A stretch of DNA of 41,836 nucleotides. Origin: Balamuthia mandrillaris. Taxonomy: Eukaryota. Both the position numbers and the translations under genes were made by a program. The stretch is from the NCBI GenBank assembly GCA_031835245.2, contig JAVKOQ020000014.1, positions 372,001 to 413,836 of the forward strand. Reading direction: 5' to 3'. Positions within the stretch are counted from its first letter, which is position 1. The number at the start of each line of letters is the position of its first letter. This document shows, one piece after another, positions 20,502 through 34,120 of this stretch. The notes below the pieces were generated by a model that saw nothing but the letters and a program-made list of their open reading frames with translations, searched no databases and had not been told where the DNA came from.

Positions 20502-23500
20502 ATGGCATCGACGGCCTCTCTCCAACGGGCGGGTCAGTTATTCCTTCTTCTTTGCTTCACCTGCCAACTGGTCTCCGCCACATTCCGCTTCAAAGGAGTT
20601 GAGCCGCTCGCCCCGACGCCCGGCACGCAGGCCACTGTACAGTTCGAGACACTGGACAACCATGCTATGAGAGAAGGCATTTGGCGATATGAAGCAAGCG
20701 TTAGTACCGGAGATAAACTTACCTGTACGTTGTTTTGTGTTCCACTTGTTGTTATGTTGTGTTTTGTGTTTGCTTGTTTTTTCTGTTTTGTTGTTGGCTT
20801 TGCTTTTGGTTGTATAACTTCTACTTGACGATTTTTTTGTCCACGACAGTATCACATAATGATGGGCGCGAAACTTCGTTTGACCGTTGGTACTGCGTCA
20901 ACGCTCCCGCGATAACGAACTATTGCAGCCGCATAACACCTGCGTCAATCACCCCGAACACTATTTTCTCGGGTGTGTTCACAGTGCCTAGCGACAGCAT
21001 TGAAGCTCGAATTGATGCCTCTGCTGTTCTCACCACATCTACCACAGGTTTATTTCCTGTTATTCTTGCTCCTCGTTCTCTTCCTGCTTTGTAACCTTTG
21101 GTTTTGTTTCGTCGCTGCAAGGTACCCCTGCTCAAGTTCTGGATACCGCCAACGCAAATGGTAACTTTTATACGGGTGCTGCTATCTATGCTCTGGCCCC
21201 ATCCATCGTCAACCATTCTGCCGTATTAACGCCAGGAGAGGTGCTTATGTTGGACCTTTCAATGGCCAACGCAGGGCCGTCCAACGGAAGAGCCGCAACT
21301 TGTCGTGTGCAAGTGACGGTGGAGGGCAGTTGGGTAGATACGCTCGCTGGGTGTACTGAGATAGGTACACAGGAGTGGAACTGTGTGGCTTCAGTGGATG
21401 TTCCTGCTGCTGATTCAGGTGTGCATTCCTTTTATCCTTTTTTTTTGGCCTTTTGTTATGTGTGTGTATTTTCTTTTCTATATTCTTTCTTCTCTCAACC
21501 AAACTGACAATTCGCAATACAATGACATTACAGTAATATCATTCGCATGGAGGATAGAGATACCACCTTACTATCGTGGCGATCTTTCCGTGTTAGTGGA
21601 TGAGTGCAGCGCTCAAGGGACTGCAAGCACTGCTGCTCCCTCCGCCTCAATCGCCATTCCCTTCGGCGCTCCCTCCTGGCATATTGCCACTCGTTTTTCA
21701 GGTTTGTCCTTTATTTAAACTTTTACTCCTTTGTTAACGCAAAAAAAACAAAAAAACTAAAAAGCAGAGGCAGCCCAAAGAATCGAATTGGACAACGTGC
21801 TCGACCTTGCCGCTGAGCTGGAAAACATGGGTCCCTCCACTTCTCTCTCCACCCTTTGCACGTGGCGCTTCTCCGTTTCCTCTTTGACTTTGGAAGGCAC
21901 CAATTCGGTACTTCGTTCGTGTTCTTCTTCTCTTAAAAGCAACAACGAATTGATGGAGGTCAGCTGCGAATTGGATGTGATAGGGGCAAGCACAACAATT
22001 CTAGTTCTCTCCATCTCTGCCAAACCGGAGTTGGCGGGCACCCCATCCTTCCTTGTCACTATGGAGTGCCTAGATGAATACGGTAAGTCGGTGCAATCGA
22101 TAGCTGAAACGAGCATCATGGTTGTAGAACGGTTGGAAGGAGTTGCGATGGAAGTACAGATTGTGAATGGAAAGCTAGCAGACACGGCGCAGAAGAGGCA
22201 GCACCAGGTTTGTTTGCTTCACTTTATGACCTTCCTGCGTTTCGTCAATGAAGTATATGACGTCTGCTTTCCCTTCGTCTCCCTCTTTTAATATCTCGAC
22301 AGAATGGGTTCACAGAAGAGGAACTGGGTACAACGAATGAAGGACAGCTGATTTTTGATGAAGCTCTTATGTTCGTCTTTAACGCAACAAGCGAAGGTGC
22401 ACTATACGCCAGAAACATCACCTGCAGCGTTCAACTTGGCGGAAGAGATGCCCCTCTTTTGACTTCTCCCTCGTTTGACTCCGCGTGTGAGGATATGGGG
22501 TCTCTTCTTTCAGGCGTGCGAGTGTGGCGATGCCACTTTGCAGAGTTGTGGTACGATAGGCCTTCCATAAGCCAGTTTGTAATGATTCCAGACAGTCGTG
22601 TGGAGACATTTGACGTTGCCGTAGAGTGTGCCACGAACTATCCTCAATCCATCACCAATCCTATTTATCAACAAACTTTTCAGTTCATCCATGGTATCTT
22701 TCTTTGCAATTGCTAATGTTTTTTTAAACTCTGAGTTCCTCTCATTGCTACTCGCTAACTACAAATAACAGTGTCAAACGTCCCAGGAGACGGAGGCGGA
22801 GACAGCACACCCTCTGAGCGTGCGGATGATGCTGAATCTGACGACAACACCAGTCTCATTGTCGGATTAACTCTGGGGCTGATTTTGCCGTTTATGTTGA
22901 TTGTGTTTGCTGCTCTCAGCATTCTTTTCATCATTCTTCGAAGGAGAAAAGCGCAGAGATTGCAACAAAGACAGAGAGACATGGAAAGAGATGCTGAGAT
23001 GGACGTTTATGCCCCTGCAGGAAACATTTTTGTGGGAAAAGCCAAGTCTGAAAAAGGAGGAGCCAAGACTGGTACTCCGGTCAACGAGAACTATCAGAGG
23101 ACATCCACATGGGAAATCCCATTTGCAGAACTGGAGTTTGATGAAGAGATCGGCAAAGGGTTTGTTCTAGTTCTTTTTTCTTTTGTGTAGTTAACATTGA
23201 AGGAATTTTTGAAACAGAGAGTTTGGAACGGTGTGGCGAGGAACCTGGAGAGAAACGACTGTTGCCATCAAAATGGTTCTGCTCCTTATCTTGTCCTTCA
23301 TCTTCTTCCATTACCTCTGCTTATTCTTGATTTGGTATAGTTTAACTCAATAATGGACTCGGAAACAGCGAAAGCGAACTTTAAGGCTGAATGTGAGATT
23401 ATGAAGTTTGTCATTCTTTCTTTCTTCTGTGCTTTTCACCTGCCTCAATCTTTACCTTTTCCTTTTGACGCATAGACATTTGCGACCACACACAAATGTG

Positions 23501-24430
23501 ATGCAACTGTTTGGCGTATCTATGGAAGGCAGCACACCGTGGTGTCTGGTCATGGAATACTTGGCTCAAGGCAATCTTCTTCACTTCTTGCAACAATCCG
23601 CCAAAGACACAAACAAGACAACAGTGGAAAGAAACAAGATGGCGGTGAGAATGGCGAGAGAGATCGCAGCGGGAATGCATCATCTTCACTCGGAGAACAT
23701 AGTGCATCGCGACTTGGCTGCTCGCAACGTTTTGTTGACTGGTGATTTGACTGTCAAAGTTGCCGGTTCGTGTTTATTCATACTTCTTTTCTTGTCCTTG
23801 TTTTGTATTTTTTGCTCTGCCACGGAACATTCTCACGTCTCCTTGCAACTCGTTGCGACAATAGATTTCGGCTTGTCGACGGCGAGCGAGGAAGAACATT
23901 CGCAAACAATTCCGATACGTTGGACCCCTCCGGAATATTTTCACAAGCGAACATTCGACAAGAAATCTGATGTTTGGAGTTCGTTTGTTCTCTCCTTGTG
24001 ACGTCTGTTCTTCCTTTCATTTGTTATTCTTATACAAATTACAAACAGGTTATGGGGTGTTATTGTGGGAACTCTTGAACGAAGGAAAGACGCCCTATCC
24101 CAATATGACTATAGAGGAAGTCATTAACGCCGTTATGGATGGTTTGTTCCCTCTTTTTCCTCCTTTCGTGTTTTTTAAACAAAACGAGTAATGAAAAAAA
24201 TGTAAGGTTACGTGTTGACGTTGGAGGAGGACGCTCCTTCTGTGTTGCGAGAAATTGTAGCCCAGTGTTTCCACTTCAATCCTGATAAACGGTAATAACC
24301 TGCTTCCTCTTTTGCTTTCCTTTTTCTTCCTTTTGGGTCGTGCTGACGTGAAAGCCTTTTCTATTTGACCAACAGACCGACGTTCAAAGCCATCGTGAAG
24401 TTGCTCAAAGAGGATAAAGAATGGAAGTGA
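20502..24430 (+). CDS. Receptor tyrosine kinase (Ig/DUF11-like ectodomain, single TM), copy A, multi-exon
   Basis: Signal peptide, NxGPS-type beta domains and TM LIVGLTLGLILPFMLIVFAALSILFIIL-RRRK. Kinase motifs IGKGEFG, VAIK, HRDLAARN, DFG, IPIRWTPPE and SDVWSYG. TGA at 24428-24430. Confidence 0.9.
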
Positions 24431-24715
24431 AACAAATGAGGAGTGTATTTTTTTTTTTTTTACTGTGTTATTTAATTTACTTTTTTATTTAGCTTTTCCA
24501 TTTTCTTACTTGCCTCGTGCTCTAGAACGGAACAACAACGTCACCCGATATATATATTAAGAAGATCATGTGCGTAATACGCTGTTTCATTTACGGTTTC
24601 ATTTATTGAAGTTTTTTGATCATTTTTCTCTGTTCATCGTTTATTTTTCTGAGCGCTAGGCAAGGACGCACGTTGAGAACAGGCACAAACCCGCACGACA
24701 GAGAGATTCGAGAAT

Positions 24716-25257
24716 ATGCGAGGACTTGCGTTGTGCTGTCTCCTCATTCTTCTGCCGTCTTTCTTTGGCCCACTGGTCTCCGCCACCTTTCGTTTCAAAG
24801 GTAGTATACCTGTCGTTCCTACTCCTGGCACCGAGGTTACACTCCAGTGGGAGACGGTCGACAATCATGCCATGATCGGGGGTTATTGGAGGTTTTCTAT
24901 ATTTTCTCTCTCTGTAGATGATTATCGCTGTAAGTTGTTCCTCGTTTTTTTTATTCCTATAGCGGTGTGTTAACCATTTTTTTCATTGTAATAGTATACT
25001 CAGATGATGATACGGCTGACGCAAACTACCGTTGGAGCTGTCCTAGTCCTCAGATAAATTATTGGCAACATTGTTACAGACCGGAGCCAGCTACCACCAC
25101 TCCTGACACGGTTTTCTCTGTGACGTTCATTGTTCCCCCGCACGCCATGAACTTGTTGCTGGTTATGCAGGGCGATTTGACCACTGGTTCTCAAAGTATT
25201 CCTTTCCGCAACTCCTCCTACATATTTGATTGCTTGCGCCTTCTCGCTCTCTCTCTG

Positions 25258-25291
<34 letters not shown>

Positions 25292-27608
25292 TTCTCTCCC
25301 CCCCCCCTCTGTGAACAAGATAACCGAACTTCCTTTACAGCTGGGGAGATCGTGTACGATAGATCCACAGAAGGTGTCATGATTCTGGGCGGCAATGCCA
25401 TCTGCTGGGCTTACCCATTTGTCTCTACCCATGGCATCGGAATGACTCCGGGAGAGGTTTTTCCATGGGACCTTGTGGTGACCAACAACCATGGACCATC
25501 CAACGCACGGGATGTCACCTGCCCTGTTCAATTGACGGTTGAGGGGACTGGCAGTTGGGTTACTCCTCATCCTTCCGGATGTACAGAGCAAGGGGATATG
25601 AGGTGGAGCTGTGTGTCTTCAGAGGATGTTCCGCCTGGGGATTCAAGTATTTATTTTTATCACTCCTTCAAGGATGGATTATTTCTTACTTGTACAAATT
25701 ATAAGGAGCAATTGCAAGCTGGGGTTTAGCCGTTCCTCCCGACTATCGCGGCAATCTAATTATCCGAGTGGGTCCGTGCACAGCCCTTGCCGAAGACGTG
25801 CAAAGTTATCAAGATTCCCATTTCATCCGCAAAGGTGTCCCTTCCTGGGATATTAGCACTTATTTTTCAGGTTGGTTTCTCTTTGTTCTTCTGCTACCTT
25901 TGCAAAATCCACTCGTTTTCACTTCCACTAGCCAAAGATGCTCACAGGTCAACACCTTTCATTTCTCTTGAATCAAAAAAGAGAGTTCTGCCATCGAAAT
26001 GGACAACATTGTCAACATTACCACCGTTTTCCGGAATGACGGTCCCTCCACGTCCCTCTCTTCTCGTTGCACGTGGCGGTTCTCCGTTTCGGCGTTGAAT
26101 CTGGAAGCTGTCAGCGGTGCCGCTCGATCTTGTTCTTTTTCTAACACCACGATGCCGGAAGTCAGCTGTGATTTGGATGTGATAGGCAATACTACAACAA
26201 CGGCGGTTCTTTCTGTCTCTGCCAAGCCTGAAATTGCTGGCATTCCCTCATTCGGTGTGACTTTGGAATGTGTGGATGAACGTGAAGATTCTATCCCATC
26301 CGCTGCGACGAGCATTTTGGTCATTGAAAGGCTAGATGGAGTTAACATGAAGGTAGAAATAGTGAACGCTAATTTTGGAGACCAAAAGAGACAGGTTTGT
26401 TGATGTATTTGCGTTGCTGTATCGGCGTCCATTTTCCTTCTTTTAACTTTAAGCTACCATTGAAGCAATACTTCACAGAAGACGAACTGGGTACCACTGA
26501 CGGCGGACAAGTCATTTTCAACGAAGCGCTGATGTTCATCGTCACTGCCACAAGTGAAGGAGCTCACTACGCCAGAAACATCACTTGCAATGTTCACCTT
26601 GGGGGGAGCGACACATCTCTATTGGCATCTTCTCCCCTATTCGACCCGTTCTCTTCTTCGTCGTGCAAAGAAACCGGAACAAATGAAGGTCGTTTGTGGA
26701 CATGCCTATTTGAGGAGTTGTGGCTTGACTCTCCTTACAGCAGGAACTTTGTGCTGATTCCAGACGTTCAAATGGAAGAGTTTGACGTTGCAGTAGAATG
26801 TACTACCAATTATCCTCAAGCCATCTCCAATCCGGTCTTTCAGAGGACGTTTCAGTTCGTGCATGGTAACTTTTTTTCTATTCTTGCGTTTTAAGGGAAA
26901 GAGTGGCAAAGGCATCAGCTCACAGTAAAATAGTATCAAACATTCCAGGGGAAGACGACAGAACATCGTCTGGTTCGGACAGTTCCTCATCGCCCAAGGA
27001 CAACACTGGTCTAGTGGTGGGGTTGTCTCTGGGTCTTGGATTGCCATTCTTGCTAATCATAGCGGCTGTAGTTGCTGTGTTAGTCCTTCTGAGAAGAAGA
27101 ACAGTCCGGCGATTGGAACGTCAGAATGAAGAAGACATGGAACAAGATGCAGCGTTGGAGGTCTACGCCACTGCTAAAAGTAGTTCATTCGAAGGAAGGA
27201 AGAAACGAGCAGGACAAAACGGCGCGCCAGTCAAAGAAAACTATCAAAGGAATTCTACATGGGAAATACCGTATTCAGAACTAGAATTCGATGAAGAGAT
27301 AGGCCGAGGGTTTGCTCTTTTCCGTCAGTCCTGTTGTTTTCTTTAACCTCTGATTTGTTTTTACACAACAGATGCTTTGGAACGGTGTGGCGCGGCACAT
27401 GGAGAGAAACGACGGTTGCCATCAAAATGGTTTACTTGGCTTGTTTTTTTCTCTATTCCTTCTCCTTCACCTCTTCTTCTACTTTCCTTTTGGTCTAGCA
27501 ACACTATGTAACCGGTTACTACTTACAGTTCAACTCAATAATGGACTCTGAAATGGGTAAAGCAAACTTCAAGGCGGAATGTGAAATCATGAAGTACTAT
27601 CGCCTTTG

Positions 27609-27639
<31 letters not shown>

Positions 27640-28603
27640 TTGCTAACTATACCGAAACAGACATTTGCGACCACACACAAATGTGATGCAACTGTTCGGT
27701 GTTTCAATGGAAGACGGCACGCCATGGTGTCTGGTCATGGAATACTTGGCTCAAGGCAACCTGTTCCAATTTCTTCAGCAACCATCTTCGTCCAAAACCA
27801 AGAAAAAAACCAACACTACCGCTGAAAGAAACAAAATGGCAGTCCGAATGGCAAGGGAGATCGCAGCAGGAATGCATCATCTTCACTCGGAGAACATAGT
27901 GCATCGTGACTTGGCTGCTCGCAACGTTTTGTTGACTGGTGATTTGACTGTCAAAGTTGCTGGTTTGTTCATCTTTGTCTGTTCCTTCTTATTTCACTAT
28001 GTTAACCGCTGTCTTCTCTTTGTGTTTCTACTAGACTTTGGGTTATCGACTGCAAACAGCGATGAAGAACAAACCGAAACCATTCCAATCCGTTGGACTC
28101 CTCCTGAGTTCTTTATGCAACGAACTTTTGACAAGAAGTCTGATGTTTGGAGTAAGTTTAACGAGTGTATTCGTTTTTGTTGTTTTGTCATTAACGCAAC
28201 AACCACAGGTTATGGGGTGTTATTGTGGGAGATCATGAACGCTGGAAAGACGCCCTACACCAATATGAAGACAGAGGAAGTTATCAACGCTGTTGTGGAA
28301 GGTTCGACTTTTTTTTTCTACCTTTTGGTTTTGTATTCAGTTTATCTTTTCGAAGCGCTAAACAAACGCTATCAGGTAAGGTATTGCTAAGGCTAGACGA
28401 AGACTCTCCCTCCGTGCTGCGCAACATCATGGCCCAGTGCTTCCGCTTCAATGCTGAGGAACGGTATGTGTTTTTGGGGGGAACCCTTCTTCTCTTCCAT
28501 TGTTTCTAACATAGGCGTGTGCTTTCTATTTCATGTTGCAACGACCAGACCAACATTCAAAGACATCGTGAAAATGCTCAAAGAGGACAAAGAGTGGAGG
28601 TGA
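24716..28603 (+). CDS. Receptor tyrosine kinase, copy B (tandem paralogue), multi-exon
   Basis: Same architecture and matching intron positions as copy A, with HRDLAARN and IPIRWTPPE. TGA at 28601-28603. Confidence 0.9.
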
Positions 28604-28854
28604 GCAAAGCAATGACCGCTTTCGTCGTCCCAGCATTCACGTTACTATTGTTTTATTACCTACATTCACTCAACAATAAGAAGAGTCCTCCTGATCTTCA
28701 AGGATAAGTGAAACTGAAAGGAGAGAGATGAGAGATGAGAGAGAGAGAGAGGGAGAGAGGGAGAGAGTGGGAGAGAGAGAAGTTAATAAACCGCTATTAA
28801 ATGGAGACCAGCAACGAAAAAAATTTTAAAAAAAAGCGAGAAGGTTCCGAACGA

Positions 28855-28918
28855 ATGTCCTACGCCACACTCCCCCGCCACCTTCCGCTGCTTTTCCTTG
28901 TGTTGGTAGGTTTTTTGC

Positions 28919-28963
<45 letters not shown>

Positions 28964-31900
28964 AAACATTACAGTAATGTTTACCGTATTTTGAACTTGT
29001 TTATAGTGGAGCTCCGTGGCTGCTGGAGCTCCGGTGGACGTAACGTTGGGCAGTTGCGGCGAGTGCGTGCCCACCTTGGAGGAGCTGGCGAGGCGCTATG
29101 GGGACAACGACTACACCCAGGTGTTCGTGGAGGAAGGCCAGTACCGTGTGCCTTCAGGGGTTCAGTTCTCCAACCGCGACTGGATATCCTTTGTGGCGAA
29201 GCCCGACGTGACCACGCCACCCGTTTTTATCGTAGATGGCGACTATGGTTTTGTTTTCAACTGCGCAGAAGCCACCGTCAACTTCATGGTTTTCTTGTCG
29301 TTTCTTTCTTCTTTCCTTCTTTCTTGTCGTTTCTTTCTTTCGGCTCTTACTTCTATTCTTATCGGTTCTCTTTCTTGCTTTCTTGTCCGTACTTTCCTTG
29401 TTTCTTTTGGAGCTTTTGTTGTTCTCGTTTCGTTGCTCTCTTCTTTCTAACCTTGGTTGGGTCCTGGTTCTGGTAACGCTACCATCAGCGCATATCATTC
29501 GTCGCAGTGGCGTCGGTCGACCCTCGCAATATCATACAAACCAACTCAAAGTGGCTGGAGTTCGACTCGTGCAACTTCACTCTCAACAGCCAATGCATCA
29601 TCCAGTCCAGCGGCAGCAAGGTGGTCTTCGATGGCAAAGGCAGCAACTTCATCGGAGAGCCTTTGTCTTTCAGGCTTGCCACTTCCTCCTCCAACCTCAC
29701 CATCACGCGCGTCAACACCACAAACCCTATCAACATCGAGTTGTCCTCCCACAGCAGCTTCGTTTTGAGCTACAGCCTCATCAACCACGGCTTGACTTTT
29801 CAAAACCGCCTCATGGAAGCCAACCTCTTCTTCCACCATAACGTTTGGAAGCATTTTGACCTGGGTGGGAATGGCGGCACAGGAACCATCGAACACCGAG
29901 CGGATGTCTTTGGGCGAGTGGAGAGGGTCGGTTGGGAGGGAGCGTGGCGAGCGCAGGGATGCATGATGACCTTTGACGGCCCGCTGGTGGAAGATGGCAG
30001 CGTTATCCTGACCAGTTGGACTCAGCTGGCTCACAACTATTGGAAGTATCCAAATGATCAGCTCCCTTCAGGCCTGGTTCAACGTCACGAAGTGCTCGCC
30101 TCAAGGTGTGTCCTTCTTCTATGCGGCATCTTTTTCCTCTGTTTCTCTTCCTCATTCGAACGTCTCTCAACAACAAAGACTAGGAGGTCTCATCTGGCTG
30201 AATAACAGCATTCCGCAGGTCTATTTCTCAGACCTGTCCGACTCGTTTCCAAACGGCACCATTGCTTCTTTCCCAACTGCCGGTCTAGCCATTTACGAAG
30301 AAACCTGGCGAGTGCACGAGCAGGACATATCGCCCCTCTTGCTGCTGCGAAGGCCTTGCGTGCCTCCTCACGAAGTCTTTATCATGGATTCTCCCACTGA
30401 GCAGTCTCCACCTGTTTGGGTGAACATTACCTACGATTTGAGCAGCAACAAGGAGTGCGTGAGAATGATGGAGGAGGCCTTCTTCCCTCCACTTTGGGAA
30501 CTCGCAATGGCGGGAAATGGTCCTACCACGGTATCTCTTCTTCTTTTTCTTCTTCTTTATTTTTGGTTCTTTCTCTGTGTTTCTCTTCACTGGTCATTGT
30601 TTTTGTGGTGAACTTCGTTATCTTCCTCACAAGAGAACTTACGCTACTTAGCTGGGATGGAGAGGAATGCATAACGAACTTCTCCACTGGAATTCAGATA
30701 CATCCACGTTGACGCTGAGTCTGCTCAATACAGTAAAGGCTGCCCAATACCCGCTGAACCAAAGCATTCACTACGGCCTTCCTTTGGCCATCTATCATCC
30801 TCCCACCTTGGGTTTCCTTCAACCGACGCACACTGTCTACCTCACCCCACAGGACACCGCTCCATTTGCCTTCAACCTCTCGTTGTCCCTCTTACCGGAC
30901 ATTCCACCACCGCAAGCCCACAACATCGATTTGCAGTTGAATGTGACCGTGGATGGAGTGGACATTGGGAAGGATATCTCCATTCCCCTTGAGGCGTTTA
31001 CCGCTCATCTGGACGGCAAGGAAAACCACGCAAACATGACCCTTTCGTTGCTTTGGCGGTTGGTAGCCAAAGTGAAAGAAGGATCGGATGTGGAGATGGT
31101 GATCAGCATCAAGGACTGGGGTTACGCCGTTCAAATCGTTCCCATCAACAGAGAGCGTTCTCAGTGTCGTGTGAGGGTTTCCCTTCTGCACGACGAGAGC
31201 AGCGCTTCCTCTTCCGCTTCTTCCTCTTCCGCCTCTTCCTCCTCTTCTTCCGCAGAAGAAGGACCTAGCATTGACCCACCAGACGCTCCAACGGCCAGCG
31301 TCTTTCCGAATGGCACGCCAAACCTTCAACTGGTGCCCAAGCAACATTCTTCCTTGCAAGAGGACCTTCGCGTGGGCTTTCACTTCCACAGCATCACCCA
31401 ACGAGGCAAGGACGGCAACGTGGTGCGGGAGTTGCTCTTCCCAAAGTCAGGTTACTCCTCCGCGTTTCCAGACAACAACACAGCAGAGTTTGGAGTGAAG
31501 TTGCAAGGGGCACACGAAGAGGTGGATGTGTCGTGGCGTTTTGTGGTGGTGGAGGAGGACACGACCTTCCGTTTCGGCAACAAGACCTTCGTGGTGAGAG
31601 CTGGCTTCAACAAGTGGAACATGACCATCTCAGGCTGGCCTTCTTCTTCATCGGAATTGTTAGACGAAGTAGGGGACCTCCCGTTGGAAGTGAAGGTGAA
31701 TGTGACGAGCTGGGATGGCCCATTGCTTCCACAGCAGCCACAACCTCATATTTCAGCCGCAACTGTGTTGCAACTTTCCCAAACGGAAGCCAATGTTTCG
31801 AGGATGAGGTTCCTCACAGAGAAAACAGAGATGTTTGTAGGGTTGCTTCAATACTCTCTGGTGGATGGACAAGAACGTCCAGCACAAGCCATCTTCCAAC

Positions 31901-32217
31901 CGATGCGAGAGGAAGAGGGAGAGAATGGAGGAGGACAATGGTTGTTGATCCGACTGCCAATCGGAGAGAGAGTGGAGTACGATCCCGATGTGCAACTCTT
32001 GGTGGACAGCACCCACGATGGGGACGGCCGGGTGAACTGGAAGATGGTGGTGGCGGTGGCGGTGAGTGTGGGTGCGGCGGTGCTGGTGGTGGCGAGCGTG
32101 GTTGTTGGGGTGGTGATATGGCAGAGGAGGAAGCACGCCGCATTCAAAGCTTCTTCTGGAGCGGTCAACTTTTCTGGAGAGGACCACACTCCTTTGTTGG
32201 GCGACTATGAAGGTTAA
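28855..32217 (+). CDS. Large type-I membrane protein (possible N-terminal beta-helix; C-terminal ComC-supersandwich-like domain)
   Basis: Exon 1 MSYATLPRHLPLLFLVL spliced to WSSVAAG (29007) forms a signal peptide. Many NxS/T sites. KWNMTISGWP...EYDPDVQLL precedes a Val-rich TM and RRK. The tail ends in DHTPLL, a [DE]xxxLL motif. Confidence 0.75.
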
Positions 32218-32313
32218 GCAACAATGCGAAAGGAACAAAGAAACTCAAACTAAGAGAGAAACGAAAAGAAGAAATAGGAGATGAAAAACGTTGGTGCTTT
32301 CTTCACTTTCTAT

Positions 32314-32634
32314 CTATCTTCGTCGAAGCGCCGCTTGCTCCACTTCCGACATACTCAGCCCTAAACGGTTCAAGTCAGCAAGGTAGGCTTCTTGATATAA
32401 GGGATCCTGACAGGCATTCCTGTCTGCAATCCGGTACTCTTGTTTGTCGGGGCTGTGGTAGTGGGTGCCATCCTGCAAGAGGACCAACATGGCGGTCATG
32501 TTGTCATTACTTCCGGCTTGGAGGGCGTAGTCCAACAGCTTGGAGCAGATGTCAGCTGGGTCCGATTTGTCCCTTTTGTTTATTCTTTGTTTGTAAGAGA
32601 AAAGCGAGAGAGGGGCTGATAGAGAGAAAGAGAG

Positions 32635-32673
<39 letters not shown>

Positions 32674-33849
32674 GAAAACTGGTTGAGCAAGTGGGAGAGA
32701 CGGAGATTAAACTGACCGTTGCAGTTCCTTATCCAAAAAGGACATGACGTCCTTCGTGGATAAGTTCTCAAAAATACCATCACAGGCGAGCAACAAGGAG
32801 TCACCCTCATCCGCATCGATCACAGTAATATCTGGCAGCGGGCTGACCCTCTGCTCCACCAAACTCAGTCCGTCTTCCTGTTTATATCGAGCATCGCCCA
32901 ACGCCCTCGACATGGCCAGGCTTCTGTCCACCCGAGCTCGTCTCACCGTTCCTCCAGCGTGCTCGATGCGTTTCTTCTCTTGAGGAATGGTGGGAACGTG
33001 GTCCAGCGTCAAAGGAACAAACGTCGCATCAGAGCGACAATGAAGGACCGCTCTGCTATCACCCACATTCGCAATTGTAAGTTTGTACTTCCCCAACTTT
33101 TTCTTCGAGGTATTTGCTGCTTCTTTGGCAGAGCGTTGTTCATGCTGTTGGGAAAGTCCATGTTGTAGTTTCCAAGCGCGAACGTCGACTTTGCCTTCGC
33201 TTTGCAGAAAGTTTTTGTCGTACGAGTGCACAAAGGGACAGCCTTCTTCGGCGCATTCGCCCTCCAACCACCTGGCGCATTCCTCTTTCTCCTCGTTTTG
33301 TTCCTGCAGTTCTGCCTCCACGTCCATGTCCTCCAGCATTGCCAGGACCGCAGTGGAACCTCCTCCCACGTTGAACTGAACGTTTTTTTTGTTTGAAGCA
33401 ACGGTAAGAGAAAAAGAACGAAGAAGAGAAAAATGCGAAGAAGAAGAAGAAGAAGAAGAAGAAGAAGAAGAAGAAGAAGAAGAAGAACAAGAAGAAGAAG
33501 AAGAAGCAGAAGAAGAAGAAGAAGAACAAGAACAAGAACAACAAGAAGACGAAGCAGACATGGAAGAAAAACAAGCAGAGGAAGAACAAGCAGAAGAAGA
33601 GGAATAGAGAGAAGAGGAGAATGGAACAGAGACGAAGCGACGCACCTCGAGTATTTTTTTGTCCAACTCCACAAAGGATTGCTTGAGGCCGTTCCGCGTG
33701 ACGGTGGAGAGCGAGTCGTTTATCATGGGGATCAGGTGCTGGGAGCAGTACTGCGCCGCCTCCAGATTAGCGTGCCCGTCAAACACCGCAAAGAATGAAG
33801 TCCGCGGGTGGTTCTTGTTCTGCGCGTAGAAGAACAGAGGAATGAGGAG

Positions 33850-33939
<90 letters not shown>

Positions 33940-34120
33940 GCAAGAAGCAAGAGGGACAACGAGGTGGAGAGAAAATGATGAGCACCTCCAACGCAACAGC
34001 GTGCTCGTCCTCCATGTTGGTACGATAACCTTGCATGGAGGCCACTCCGACCCGAACGCGAGCGTCACCGTAGCGCTCCAGACATTTGTTGGTCAATGGA
34101 TAAGGAAGCCTCTTGGCCAT
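32314..34120 (-). CDS. PP2C/PPM Ser/Thr phosphatase with an inserted CCCH zinc finger, multi-exon
   Basis: SMQGYRTNMED, FAVFDGH, GSTA, ANVGDSR, DHVP..EKKRI..AGG, LAMSRALGD, LACDGIFE and GSNDNMT. Confidence 0.93.
33437..33603. repeat. Intronic (GAA)n-derived microsatellite
   Basis: Directly visible inside a PP2C intron. Confidence 0.9.
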
